Shown: piece by piece, positions 44,314 through 61,367 of the stretch
Position numbering within the stretch: position 1 is the first letter of the stretch
How the letters are laid out: each line of letters starts with the position of its first letter
Source of the DNA: Microbotryum violaceum
Lineage: Eukaryota
Length of the DNA stretch: 64,000 bases
NCBI GenBank assembly: GCA_001244265.2
Contig: CDLV01000004.1
Location: 2,852,001 to 2,916,000 of the forward strand
Reading direction: 5' to 3'
The notes under the pieces: generated by a model
Told to the model about the DNA's origin: nothing
The model's database searches: none
The model's input: the letters and a program-made list of their open reading frames with translations, nothing else
Program-made: the position numbers and the translations under genes

Positions 44314-45659
44314 ATAGTCTTTTCGGCCTTTGCTGCAAGATTTTGACGTGGACAGCTCAAGCGCGCTGGTCTCGGCCTAACGGGGCCCGCTTGCGCTCCA
44401 CTCTTTGAACACGCATTCTTTGGACCCTGTGCCAGCATGCACTCTTCTTGGCCCCCTTGGGCCTCCCACCTTGCTCACCCGCTGTCGCACGCGGGCCCTT
44501 CCTCTCCCTCTCCCTCGTCGTCCCGCACGCCTCAGCATTTCGTGTTGTGGTTCCGGCACCCCCTGCCAGTCTCTACTCACTCAAAGTGGGTAACATCCCG
44601 CATAAGCCCTCTGCCCTTGTTGGACAGTTGGACTGATGAGCTAGCCTACCACTACGTTGTAAGCAGCCGCCGTACCCGCTGCTTTGCAAGGTCGTATCGC
44701 ACCCCCTGCTTAGAGCAAGGGCGAACTTTTCGAGGCTCGCACTATTGCAGCTCGCTGTTTCTAGCTAAGGTTCGCATTCCGGATCACAACTGTCCTTGTT
44801 GGGCAAGTTGACTCATGGGGCTACCTTGTATACGGACCTCGTTTGGCCGTGTCTACCTACCATGTCGCCTTCCTCCCCTGCCATCGCCCTGCGCTTTTCA
44901 AGCAAAGGTATGCCCTATCCCCAAGTCAGTTGCAGTGTTTAGTTACTAATCGGACCTGCGCTCTTTGAGCAAAGCCGATCGACCATTTTGTGTTTTGAGC
45001 TCCTCCCTCCCACCCTACTTGTTCATAACTCCTGTTTAAGACCCTCCGTTTGTTACGGAGTGCGGGTTTTTCTCTTATCACTGCAACTTGACTCTTCCAT
45101 CCTGAGGTCTGTATACAAGGTAGCCCCATGAGTCAACTTGCCCAACAAAGACAAGGAATTTGGAAACATGCCCAACAAGGACAGTTGTGATCCGGAATGC
45201 GAACCCTAGCTAGAAACAGCGAGCTGCAATAGTGCGAGCCTCGAAAAGTTCGCCCTTGCTCTAAGCAGGGGGTGCGATACGACCTTGCAAAGCAGCGGGT
45301 ACGGCGGCTGCTTACAACGTAGTGGTAGGCTAGCTCATCAGTCCAACTGTCCAACAAGGGCAGAGGGCTTATGCGGGATGTTACCCACTTTGAGTGAGTA
45401 GAGACTGGCAGGGGGTGCCGGAACCACAACACGAAATGCTGAGGCGTGCGGGACGACGAGGGAGAGGGAGAGGAAGGGCCGCGTGCGACAGCGGGTGAGC
45501 AAGGTGGGAGGCCCAAGGGGGCCAAGAAGAGTGCATGCTGGCACAGGGTCCAAAGAATGCGTGTTCAAAGAGTGGAGCGCAAGTGGGCCCCGTTAGGCCG
45601 AGACCAGCGCGCTTGAGCTGTCCACGTCAAAATCTTGCAGCAAAGGCCGAAAAGACTAT
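44314..45659. repeat. Fold-back: ~530-bp inverted arms (44314-44840 and 45104-45659) with a ~260-bp spacer
   Basis: The same ORF translations appear on opposite strands. A 50-bp direct repeat also occurs at 44224-44273 and 45054-45103. Confidence 0.95.
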
Positions 45660-45877
45660 AAGGATATGAGGGTGCGGTAAGGATACAGGAGGTGCGGTAA
45701 GGACACAGAAATTTTGAATCACTACAAGTCTTGCAATACACATGCTATCATGTAGTCCTTGCAGACACCATTCAGAAATAGTTATATGTTGATGGTACAA
45801 TATCAAAATGAACAGATTTGGTTGTGTATTGACCTTAACTCATGTGTAAGGATATATCCTTACATGTGTTGTGGCCG

Positions 45878-47069
45878 GCTGGCATCTTGTGATTGAACAA
45901 GGATTCGAGCAACAGTACCATGAAAACTGCGGCAAGCTTCGGACCGTCCACAATCTACAACTACGGCGGGGTCAGCCGGTGAACAGGGTGAATAATAATT
46001 GATGCGGGTGTAGAGGTTTACGGTAGACCGCTTTGAGGTAGTCGGTCCAGAAGTCCACAGGCTACCGCACGGGGAATCACGCTGCAGTCAGTCATTGTAA
46101 GCTACGCAGGCGGCGCAAGGCGAGTGCTGGTGCAGGTATGCTCACTGCTATCGACTCAAACATAAATGAAACACCCTCATAGTAGTTTTGGGCCAAGCGT
46201 AGAGCTTCTGCATACGGTGGCAGAGACATCCGATGGGTTTCTAAGGTGTTCTTGCTTGTGCTGGCGAAGGGGAAATCCCTAACGAGGGAGTTCCGAGTCG
46301 TGCTCACGACCTTGGCGGCTGAATCGGGTACTCTGTCCATCAGTGTCGAGCATACCCCGCTTTGTAGTTGATTTTTATGTCCTGTATGTTTCTCATCATG
46401 CGTGTCCAACGCGTCCGTGTTATCATCCTGTGCAGATGACACAAATGAGCTGGGTTGAGCTCTCACGGAGGGGGAGAGCGTGCCGGGAGTCAAACTCACG
46501 GCAAAGAGAGCCGAACCAGCGGAAATACCGAGATACCTCGACGTCCCGTCTTCGTCCAAGGTTAAACTTCCGATCCCGCGTACGAGGGGATCCCTCGACT
46601 CCTCGACATTCGTCCCAACAGTGTTCGACTCCTCGTCCTCACCTTCGTCCTCCATCAATCGGTCCGAAGAGGTGCCAGGCGTCGCAGACTGCAGGCAGGT
46701 GTCGGGATGAAATCCGAAAGTCCGTTTTCGCGTATCAACTGTTCGAGAAGTTCTACCTTCTTGCTCAAGCTATTTCATTCCTCGACCGTCTTGATTGTGC
46801 ATCCGCTGGGGGCGAGCGTGCCATTTGGACAAAGGTCCTTGCACCCTCGTTTAACGCAGCTTGTGCATGGCCACAATACGCGGCTACATTTGAGCTTTAG
46901 GCGATAACACTCCGCGCCTAGTTGGGTCCGTGCCATTAGAAATTGACGCGGCCGAGTAAAGAAAAGGGGAAAGGGGATCAGAAACTTGTGTCCCATCGAT
47001 ATCACCAGTCCTCCGCGGGCCTGGCTTCGCGGATTCCGGTTGAAGGCCAATGCCCGATGGGGCGTTCAT
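45878..47069 (-). pseudogene. 5' half of the same Zn2Cys6 transcription factor gene
   Basis: (C)AECYRLKLKCSRVLWPCTSCVKRGCKDLCPNG, with the first Cys codon probably split by an intron (acceptor at 46918). Also GSLTLDEDGTSRYLG, LPPYAEALRLAQNYY and KLAAVFMVLLLESLF. Start codon tentative. Confidence 0.85.
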
Positions 47070-48321
47070 GCCGGCCCGATCGAGTTCGAGCCTCAAACCA
47101 AGAGCACATGCCAGGACCCTCACGATTGAGACTAAATATTCTACTCGCATGACAGGGACACACGCTTGCGCTTCTTGGCCCCCTCACTGCCAGCCGCCCG
47201 GGACAAGGGAGGCGAAGCTGGAACAGTTGGCTCAACGTCGACTGAGGGCGCTTGGACTGATCTCGACGGTGCACGGACTACGGCGCCCGTGCAGTCAGAG
47301 ATTCTTGACCCCGTTGTGAAAGGACGATGATGCGACGTTGGATCCATCAGCTCCGACCCTCACGTCAACATAAGCTGCTCGCTCAGCCTCTGAGGTTGTG
47401 GCCGCGGGTAGGCGTCACCGAACGATCGGCGATGTTGACGCTGGGCTCGACTCTGCGCCTCTCAGCGACGGCGTCAACACACCTGCTTTGAGAAGGGGTC
47501 TACGGGATGAAGTGTGCGTGCCAAGGATGTGCTGCCAAGGCAGATGCGTTGAGCCTGCGTCCCGATTGCCGGAAATTGCGTCCGACAAGGGCGAGGGCTC
47601 GAGGTTCGAGCGAAACCCGACTCACCAGCTCACGGGCTCGCCTCATTTCGCCCGCGCGCCCTCGCGCGCCGCGCAGCACCCGGCGTTAGCATCGAAATTC
47701 ATCAATTTAACAAACGCTGGACTCTGGCAGATCACCAAGATTCGCAGGTACGCAGATACCTGTCAGATTCTGTAGTACGGGCGACGATACAACCCATCTT
47801 TAGAGAATGAGCAGGTACCCAGTCCCGAACTGAGCAGTCGATGCTGTCCTGGCAGGTCCTTCGTTCTCTCCGGCCCCACCCGCTCTGCATTTTCCGCCAC
47901 CGAAATCGAACCGGTACCTCACAAGCGACTGGAATTTCTCGATTTTTTGTGTGGGTGTAGTTCGTATGCTAAAGCTATACCCTCGGTACGTTCGCCATCA
48001 CCTGCTAGCTTTCTGGATGTCCCTGTACGATGTGGCAGTGCGGGGTAGAGCATCGGCGCAGCGTGTCACGTGATCGCGTGATGCGGCTCGTTGTGCCGTC
48101 CGGAGTTGCCGTCGAAGCTCCGCCTGAAGCTGGGGACTACTGTTCCCGAGGGGCAACGTCCGAGTCGATTTTTTTTTTTTTTTTTTTTTCTCGCGCGGCG
48201 CGCATTTCTTTTTTCTTTTTTCTGCGGCGCTCGTGTTAGCAACGGCGCCTCATACGTGTTAGCAAAGGCGCTTCATATTCTCGTGTCCCCAAAGGCGCCT
48301 CATACCCGACATGGGTACAGG

Positions 48322-49227
48322 CCCCGAAAGCCCAGCCGGAGGCGCATTTTTTTTTGACATTTTGAGGACCCAAAATCCTGAAAATCGTCGAGGCGCATTG
48401 CAAAAAATTGACATTTTGGGACGAAACACACGTTTCGCCCCCGAGGCGCATTTGCAGATTTTGACAATTTCCCGTGAGTCGGCCCAATTTTGGCCTACTC
48501 TGAGCAGCCTACGGCATCATGACTTTGGGCCCGTTTGCCTTCGCTTCAAGACGCGTTTCGCGATGCTCGCGCTTGAACAAGTCACTTAGTACTAGCCATC
48601 TTCGGTGATCACTTGAGTTAAGTGGCTGTGAGGGATTAGGCCGATTAGATATTGAAGGGGCGCAGGTTCCGTTCCGCTTCACTTTGGTCCGAGATTGGAG
48701 CATAGCACAACATCATCATCCCATGCAGGCCTTGAACGATGCCTTCGATTGATTATTGCCGCTCACCAACATGAACATGACGATCGCCGAGCTCCTCGCC
48801 TTCGATGTCGCTCCCGCCGACGCGTCTCTTCGCATCGAGTTGTCCAAAGACGAGCTCACCCACTACTCGACCTTATCATCTACTCGAGGCCGTTGAGAAG
48901 GCAAACAGCTTCTCACGACCAATTGTGCGTCTACCAAGCTCAACTATCGAAATTTTGGTCTAAGCTCACGCATGTTCAGTTCTACACAGCCCACAAACTT
49001 GAAATTTCCGCCTCAAGTTGTCGATGCTTGCGATACCAATTTCTCGCTGAACTGGCCAACCTGAATGCCCATCGAGCTGCTCATAAGTGTAGCCACCTCA
49101 GAGCTGTTCTACTCAAAGGGAGGCCGATGGAATCGAGCGACCCAACTCGCGGAGAGGCAGGCGTAGGGGTTAGCAATACAGAGGAAGGACGCAGTGCAGC
49201 ACATGCATGCGTCTTGAAAGGGTTGGT
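48322..49227 (+). mobile_element. 5' fragment of the P-like element relative; inverted copy of 26796-27697
   Basis: Near-identical reverse complement over ~900 bp, beginning CCCCGAAAGCCCAGCCGGAGGC. Confidence 0.75.
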
Positions 49228-50007
49228 ACAGTCCATGGGACCATCTCGCTGCGAAGACATGGCGGGCACGACAAAGAGCTTTCGCTGGACTAGAGGTGAC
49301 CAGATGGACCGAGCGCTCACAACACACGAGGATCCAGAAGAATGTCTATACTGAGGATGGCCCATTCAAGTGAGCTGTCGCTGAATTTAGGAGCGAAGGC
49401 AACTGGACCTAATGTTTGGAGAAACAAGCAGACGGAGCACTAGCACAACGCTACCCTCATTTTGGATCGTTTGACGGCGGAGCTGTACCCACTACCACAA
49501 CATCGGAGATCGGATCTCTGGTCTGCTTTGGCCTCAAGCGTGGCATGCATTCATTGACTCAGCTGCGATCAAACTGCTTATGGAGAAGAAGCGCTGTCCA
49601 TTGGTATTGGTACGATGCCTTGAATGGCAGTTGAGCTGTGACGTTCTCACTTGACACAGGTCTTATCTGCTACAGTGCGATACATCTACAGCAAAGTGAC
49701 AACAGCGCGCTTGCGTCGTTGGTTGTACTTTCAAATATCGTCATACAGAAGCTTTGCCTCATCAAGAAAGCTTGCTCTTCCATTCACCTCATTGATGGCA
49801 CTATGCCGTTCCGCATTGTCAAGGATAGCTGGTTTCACCGTCCTCATCTGATTACAACATCTAAGTTGGTTTTTGGGATTGAGCCCAACGTGCTACCATT
49901 TGGCCCATTGGTATCTCAATCTCCCAGCTCTAATGTCTCCTTAGTTCCTATATTATTGCAGCGCTTTACTAGTTAGCCTTCCGCGAGTTTGTCCCTTAGT
50001 CTCTGGC

Positions 50008-50129
50008 CACTCTGTTCTCGTCCCTGTTCATTGGACTGAGTTGTGGTCATCATCAGGTCAGCTCCTTTGGAATCCTACTACACTCTGTTCTCGTCCCTGT
50101 TCATTGGACTGGGTTGTGGTCATCATCAG
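50008..50129. repeat. 49-bp direct repeat, two copies
   Basis: CACTCTGTTCTCGTCCCTGTTCATTGGACTGrGTTGTGGTCATCATCAG at 50008 and 50081. Confidence 0.9.
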
Positions 50130-50812
50130 ATTCCACTAGAGAACAAACCGTGAAACGCATGATTGATGGTCGACAGGTCATCGAGTCATTAGGCCCGCTA
50201 AAGATCACATATTCACATATAGTTCAACCACGGACCTTACCTCACTTTACCCCGACGAGCGCATAATCAGCACGAGCGCACATGCCGAGCAAAGATTTGC
50301 CTCCCTTCGGAGCGGAGCGTGCCCGGCTTGCGAGATGCCACCGGCAGAACCTCTACAAGCCGCAAAAGCCACGGCGGATACAAAAAGCTCAAATTCAGCA
50401 AACCGATTCTGACAATGAAGTAGCGAGCCTGCGAGCCAAACAAGGAAGGCTTGTTTGATGCCTGGAGCCACTTTCGATTGGCCGCCGCGCGCCCGCAAAC
50501 GCTCGGAACGCGTTTTTGAGGACTTTTGAGCGATTTTTGGAACATGTAGAACACATTTTGATAATTAACGCGCCCCCGGAGGGAGCGACGGGTCCCTGAA
50601 GCTCTGACGGAGTAACACCAACTGACAGCGTCAGCTAGTATTACTAAGAACGTACCATGGAACGGGTATGCAGCACTGAGTTCCCGAGTCAGTTTGGTTC
50701 ACATGAATGAGGCGTGTAAATGTGCCAAACGTTAATGAACATTGCAGACAACGAGATCGAGCCAGAGCCGGGGTGTAAATGCATAAGTTGAGCTCACTCG
50801 ACTTCACTCATG

Positions 50813-55482
<4,670 letters not shown>

Positions 55483-55859
55483 TCATGTCACCGTCCGCGT
55501 CTGGACGAGTTGTGTTCGCATGTGGTCGTCAGCGCCGGGGACCCACATCGCGCGCTTACCGAAGTCAGCTATAAGAAGTGGTTTCAGTTGACGTTGGGAG
55601 ATCGGGACTTCCGAGAGCGACTTGGGCGCGAGACGGCCTGGCTCGGCTAGGCGCGGTGAAATGTGTCCACCGCTGAGAGACATGGGAATCAAATGGCATG
55701 GAGTGTCAGTATTCCCCCACAGATCTTTCGCAGTGGGAAGAGCGTTACAACCCACGATTAGATGACTTTTTGTCGTTGGCCTGAACGGTATCTGCTTGAT
55801 CGAGAAACTTGTCCTTGATGCGCCCAAAGCTGTGAGATACCTCCTCATCGCAACGGTGT

Positions 55860-58170
55860 GTAAATCTGCCGGGTTAACGGTGACGAAGAGGGTGTACATA
55901 CCGAACGCGTTGACGTATCCGCGGATCTCATTCCTCATGTCGAGCATCTGCGCAGTTGAGCCGTGAATTTTGTCTCCGGCACTTTGCAATTCCGCCAGAA
56001 TACGGTTGATATGCTTCTCTGCTTCTGTGGTTGCCTTGTACCTTTTCGTGTCCTTGGATTTTATGATCATTTCGGACACAACATCCATGTCGATTTCGAG
56101 CAGTGCTGCTCCGATTCGAGCCACCTTCTCTTTGGGGACCCGAAAAGCGAGTTGGCGAAACACTTCTCGTCGGCGGAGCATGTTCGAGACGATGAATGGG
56201 CAAGACGGGTCGCATCAAAATCGCTGTCGTATGGATTGAGCAAATGTTTGACTTGCTCGTCCAGAAAAATCTTGAGGTCGTGCTCGACACAGAAACCAAC
56301 GAGATCAAATGGATCGAGGTGTGGCCACAGCTTTGAGAGCAGGAGCTCGTCCAAAGGTTCCCACAAAATTGAAGGGGCGTCGCCGGTCGGAATGACATAG
56401 GTAGGCTTGTCCTGCTTGAGATAACGGAGAGCTTTCTCAAAGAGCAGCCATGAGTGAATTAGTTCCTCGGTAGGGGGTGGCGGCACATGGACGCGTTCGA
56501 ATACTGGTTCATCAGAGTCGTTATGCAGTGCGTTGTTGCGTAGCCTTCAAAGAGCGATGATGTTGGTTCCATTGTCTCTGCGGTCACCACATTCGCCAAA
56601 ACTACGTCGGGCACAAGACCGTCTCCATCCGCGATTTGTCGATCCGATACTTGGGGTGCAACCCAGACGGAATCCGAAGTCGAAGTGGAAGCTGAAACCG
56701 CCGTAGAAGCTGGAGAGGTCGGGTTGAGCGCGGCCGGGCCGGAACCAGTGTGTCGAACGAGCTGTGCAATCGCCATCAAAGGAGACGGCAGAGTGCGCCG
56801 TATTCCTTGCTCTCGTTGATCAACCACCTGAGCATCTTTGGATCCGACTCTGCTTCACGATCATGGGTCGACAATTGTCCAGCTCCGCAAGGTTGGGGCT
56901 CCCTCCGCAGAATGCACATGCACCCACTGTCAGCGAGTTTCTCGACTGACATGGGCAGTACATCGGTGAACGAAGCGGTGTTTTGGCTGAAGATGAGGGT
57001 GTTTCCGCGCGTAAGTTCTTGTTGAGCTTTCGGGATATCCGAAACGAGTTAGCTTGTACACGATCTTGTAGGCTCTGGCGCAAAGCTGACTCGCGTTGGA
57101 GAAGTAATCTCGGACATCAGCGGTGACGTGATCCAGTGCGCGATAAAATCCGTTGCTCAACGACCGAGGGGGCTTAGTCGGTGGCCCTGTGGTAGGGAAC
57201 AACCGTTACCGTTTGAAGCAGTCTGGACAGAGTGAGCACTGAAGCGTGTTGTTCGTGGGCGACTCGGAGTACGCGATCTGATCGATCAAATCGCTCGGTC
57301 GATGGAGACGTCGGGGATGGATGAGTGCACTCCGTCAAGCTGAAAAATCGTAAGTCGGAGGTCCGTCCGTAGTGTAGGGTTGGTCAATCCCCTCCAAATC
57401 CCTGATTCCTCGCGCTTGATGTCATCTTCAGGCACCGATCGTACGTTATGCCCGAAGACTCTCTCGGAACACACCAGGCAGCAGAAGAGACGGGAACGAG
57501 CGTCGGTGAAGTAATCATTCCATTCAGAACGGTTCTCGGTCTTGAACTGATCGGATGCTGGCGCAAAATGCGATGTCACTTTACCGGGATCTTCTTGTGC
57601 GGGTTCGGGATGCAGCGGTGGACGTCTGTGCAGCGTTTGTTTAGAGTCAGTTGCTGAGACGTTCTCGCGATTCGTCTGGACTTCCTCGTTCAGTCAGGCT
57701 CAAAGCACGTCAACAGGTTTTGATGCGTATGCTCTGTGGTCGGAGAAGCAATGACGACGTAGCCGAGTCACGGGACTCATCGCTTGTTACCTTCTGAAAA
57801 CATGCCCATTTGAACAAGCATTACAGTGGGGATCGCACGACCAAAGGAGCGCTTGTAGGGATAGCTCTTTCGCAAGCGGGTTCCTCCTGGGGTATCCTTC
57901 CACGTGGTGCGCCCGAAAAAGCTCCTTCAGGAGATCCAGGCTGAAGTTGATGCTGCTGCACACGAGCTGCCCAAGAGTGCATTTGACAACCACATCATCG
58001 AGGGCTGACACTGGACTGTTGCGTAAGAGCGGACCGGAATACACATACTGCGCTTGATCCGTGCGGCGGGAGGATCGGCTATCGCGAGTGGTAGACGCGA
58101 GGCTTAACACGTTGTCGAGATTCGAGAGTTGTGGTCGATGGTGCGGAGGTGTACAAGATCAGAAAGCAGT
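55860..58170 (-). pseudogene. Degenerate Helitron2/Helentron-like Rep gene, N-terminal half
   Basis: CCLVCSERVF, CSLCPDC..PPRSLSNGFY and RGNTLIF (DUF6570-like region). Rep motif 1 context MRNEIRGYVNAFGMYTLFVTVNPADLH, after which similarity stops. Many frameshifts. Confidence 0.65.
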
Positions 58171-58430
58171 GACATGGCGGCGGTTGTGTGAGAGCCTGTC
58201 TTAGATACGCGAGGAAACTCGGTCCAAGTTAGAACAAGGCAGTACAGAGAGACGGAATGAAGAGGGCCGGGCGGTGGCAACTTGCCAACGGAGGCCAGCC
58301 TGAGTGCGCTCAGGTGCGCTCTGGCGCGGGGACTCGGGGAGGCTGATGACGCTCAAGCTGTGCGCTGAGTGTGCCGACTCGGCGGGTTGGCAACCGGGCT
58401 GGTGGCCACTGGTCATTGAGAATTAATGAT

Positions 58431-59113
58431 GATCGGCGCTTAGCCGGGGTCCTCCTATCCGGGGGAGCATTGTTCAAACCGATCGGCGCTGAAATCGGGC
58501 TCCCCTACGCGCTCTTAGGCAGGGTCCTCCTATCCGGGGTAGCATTTTTCGCACCAATCGGCGCTATGATCGGGCTCTCCTATGGAACTTAAGCAGCCAC
58601 GCGCGTGCGGGGTATTTCGGCCATTTCGTCCCATGAAATCTCAGAAGTGCACCATTTTCGAGGCTGGGACCCCCCCATTTTTCGAAATGAAACCTTCAGC
58701 TCTAACGAGCTTCAGAGATATATCCGAGGCGCATGTGAAATCCCTGAAGCTCCTTAGAGCTGAAGGTTTGTTCAAGAAAATTTCGGCGGCGCGAGCTTGG
58801 GAAATTGACGACGATCCCTGAAGCTCTTTAGAGCTGAAGGTTTGTTCCAGAAAATTCGGCGCGGGTTTGGGAAATTGACGACGATCTGAGCGACTTTGGG
58901 AAATTGACGACGATCCCTGAAGCTCTTTAGAGCTGAAGGTTTGTTCCAGAAAATTCGGCGCGGGTTTGGGAATTTGACGACGATCTGAGCGACTTTGGGA
59001 AATTGACGACGATCTCAGCGTCGGGGGGCGGCTTGGGAGGCGCGGCGAGTTTGGAAATTGACAACGATCTCAGCGCCGGGGGGCGGCTTGGGGCGTGCCG
59101 CGACTTTGGGAAA
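58431..59113. repeat. Complex tandem repeat array, probably subterminal repeats of an element
   Basis: About seven copies of GGGAAATTGACGACGATC-like units and several CCCTGAAGCTCyTTAGAGCTGAAGG units at 58740-59113. GGGTCCTCCTATCCGGGG occurs twice and ATCGGCGCT three times at 58431-58580. Confidence 0.9.
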
Positions 59114-60700
59114 CTAGGCTCGGCGGCGCGCGGAGCGCGCCACCTCACACTGAAAATCAGCAGTTCTGTTACATTATTGCAGATGGCTACGGTTTTACGC
59201 TGCTTTCATCTATGTTTTCGGGGGTTCTTGCCGGACTGGACAGAAGTTCCGCGCTTTGATCATCGGCAGCTCCACCTTGCCGTTGTTGCAACTTGCCCTA
59301 AATACTGGAGGATCCCGTCCTCCCAAGCGTTCAAAGTCCCAGTGGAAGGCGTTACGCTTCCGACACAGAAGATCCATTGCACCTAAGTCGTTTCAAGGGT
59401 AGGCTCCCGGCAGTGGACGCAGTGCAATTGGTGACTGTGGCGGGTGGATGTCGCCGTGCGCGAACTGAACCCGCTCCCGGAGGTTCCGGACTTGTAGGTC
59501 GTCGCTGCGGGATAGCGTTGGCATCGGGCGTTGGCTGGGGTGGAGGTGATTGTCCAACGCAATTATTTTGGGATCTCCTGGAGGTGGACTGATTCGTCGT
59601 GATTTGGCAAAGGCAGGGTCGGGCGGAAAACTGTGCGGGACCGGAACGGAACGCTCTCACTCAAGCCTTTCCCGTTGACGACGTCTTTGCTGACCTTGAG
59701 ACCTTCGAGAGATCGCAGCGTTCACAGGCGGTGGATCCATTGGACGAATTTGATGCTCCGGCAGTGGATGAAGTGAAATTGGTGACTGTGCGGCGACATC
59801 CACCGGGACAGAGTGCCAGGACGTCGGGCGTTGGCTGGGGTGGAGGGGATTGATTGATAGAATCATTTTGCTGCCTTTCCCCAAGTCTCCGCAATTGTTG
59901 TGCCCTAGATCTTCTGGAAGTAGAATGATTCGTTGATGTTGATGCGGTAGAGGCAGGGTTCGGCGAAGAACTGTGTGGGACCGGACCGGAACGCTCTCGC
60001 TCGAGCCTTCGTTGTTGCTGGCCTTCAGACCTCCGAGACGTCGTGCAACTTTCAGTATTCTTGCTGTTGTCCATCTGTAGCTATGGCAGTAAAGACTCAC
60101 ATTTAGTGTGCCAATGACCTGGATTCTCAACCGTACGAAGTCAAGCAGCACCTCAACTTCCCCCCAGAAGTCAGCATTCCATGAAGCAAGCGTCGACGAT
60201 CTATGCAGGCGATGACTTGGAAATAACGGGAAGGCGTTGCCTCGGATCCCCTATGATGTTACAGTCCAACCGGTCGGTTAATCATGCTGCCCTGCGCTTT
60301 GCTTTTGAAAGATTGGCACGCACCTGCCAACCCGACGGTCACTCCACCGAACCAAGCCGTGGAATAACGGGAAGGCATTGTTTCGGATTTCCTGTGATGT
60401 TACAGTCCAACCGGTCATTAGTCATGCTGCCCTGCGTTTTGCTTTTGAAAGTTTGGCACACACCTGTCAACATGATGGTCACCCCACCGAACCGAGACGT
60501 TGAGGATCTGCCACGGGATGGTGAGCCGCAATTCACGCGGCCAGAGCCTGTTTTCTTGCGTGATTCGCTACAACTATCAGTATTCTTGCTGTTGTCCATC
60601 TGTATCAATGGCAGTGAAGACTCACATTTAGTGTCCCAATGACCCGGATTCTCAATCGTACGAAGTCAATCCTTCCGCTGTATTACTGACGTCCAATGTC
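59114..60700 (-). mobile_element. Non-autonomous Helitron 3' portion with internal duplications; 5' limit undefined
   Basis: Hairpin at 59125-59141, 7-nt spacer, then CTAG|T at 59117-59114, cutting a repeat unit at GGGAAA|. Diverged internal repeats at about 59370-59660/59735-60010, 60045-60145/60570-60670 and 60220-60350/60361-60495. Confidence 0.7.
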
Positions 60701-61367
60701 TGTTTTTCGTATCAGTTTGTCCGTCATATCTAAGACTGCACAGCCATGTCAAGGGATAACTCACGCATGCGCTGATGGTGAAGAAAAACAACTCGAGGAT
60801 TGACATTCAAAAAGGACGTGTTGAAGGGAATTGCCGTGCTGCTTGCTAGTTTCCCATTAGCTCCTAAACAATCCCACACCAAGAGCACAGTTCATGAAGT
60901 TACTTACTCGAATTCATAGCTATGTTGCATGCAGCCATTTCTTGATTCCGTATTCGTTGCAGAGCTTCCACGGCAACCGCTTCGGATGTCGGAAGCTTGA
61001 GGTGGCGACGGGATGAGGTGCGATGGGCAAGGTGTGAAGAGCAGGAGGGAGAAAGATGGGGAAGCCTGCGCCTCAGTTTGAACCGGACTCATAGAATGTC
61101 GTGGAAGGCCGCGGAACGTCGTGGAGTGAAGCCCGAAGCAGAGGGTCATGTGCCAGGCTGCTCTGATGGGAAATGGAACCTCGACGAACGTTGGAACCTC
61201 GGCGAACGTGGACGGAACGGTCTGTCGCCACGTGATTTGTCTCCCGTTCTCTGACGTTCTTTGACGTCGACGTGGTAGACACGCAAAACAGTCTGCATCG
61301 GGACACAGAGCGTCACGTGCTATTCAATGGAACCTCGGCGTAGGCGAAACGGTCTGAAACAGCGCTA

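Noticed and set aside
46900-46936. Apparent loss of the first Cys in the Zn2Cys6 cluster (LGAEC)
   Set aside because: A branch site (CTAAT) and TAG acceptor immediately precede GCGCGGAGTGT, so the Cys codon is probably intron-split.
50622-50639. CTGAC-AGC-GTCAG hairpin followed by CTAGT
   Set aside because: The stem is only 5 bp with no spacer, too weak to call a Helitron end.
58740-59113. Regularly recurring 18-bp unit resembling a CRISPR or telomeric array
   Set aside because: The spacers are themselves repeated, there are no cas genes, the context is eukaryotic and no TTAGGG-like unit is present.
60791-60810. GA|TTGACA as the 5' TC end of the 59114 Helitron, resuming the interrupted repeat
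   Set aside because: Only 6 bp match the repeat unit, which is compatible with chance.
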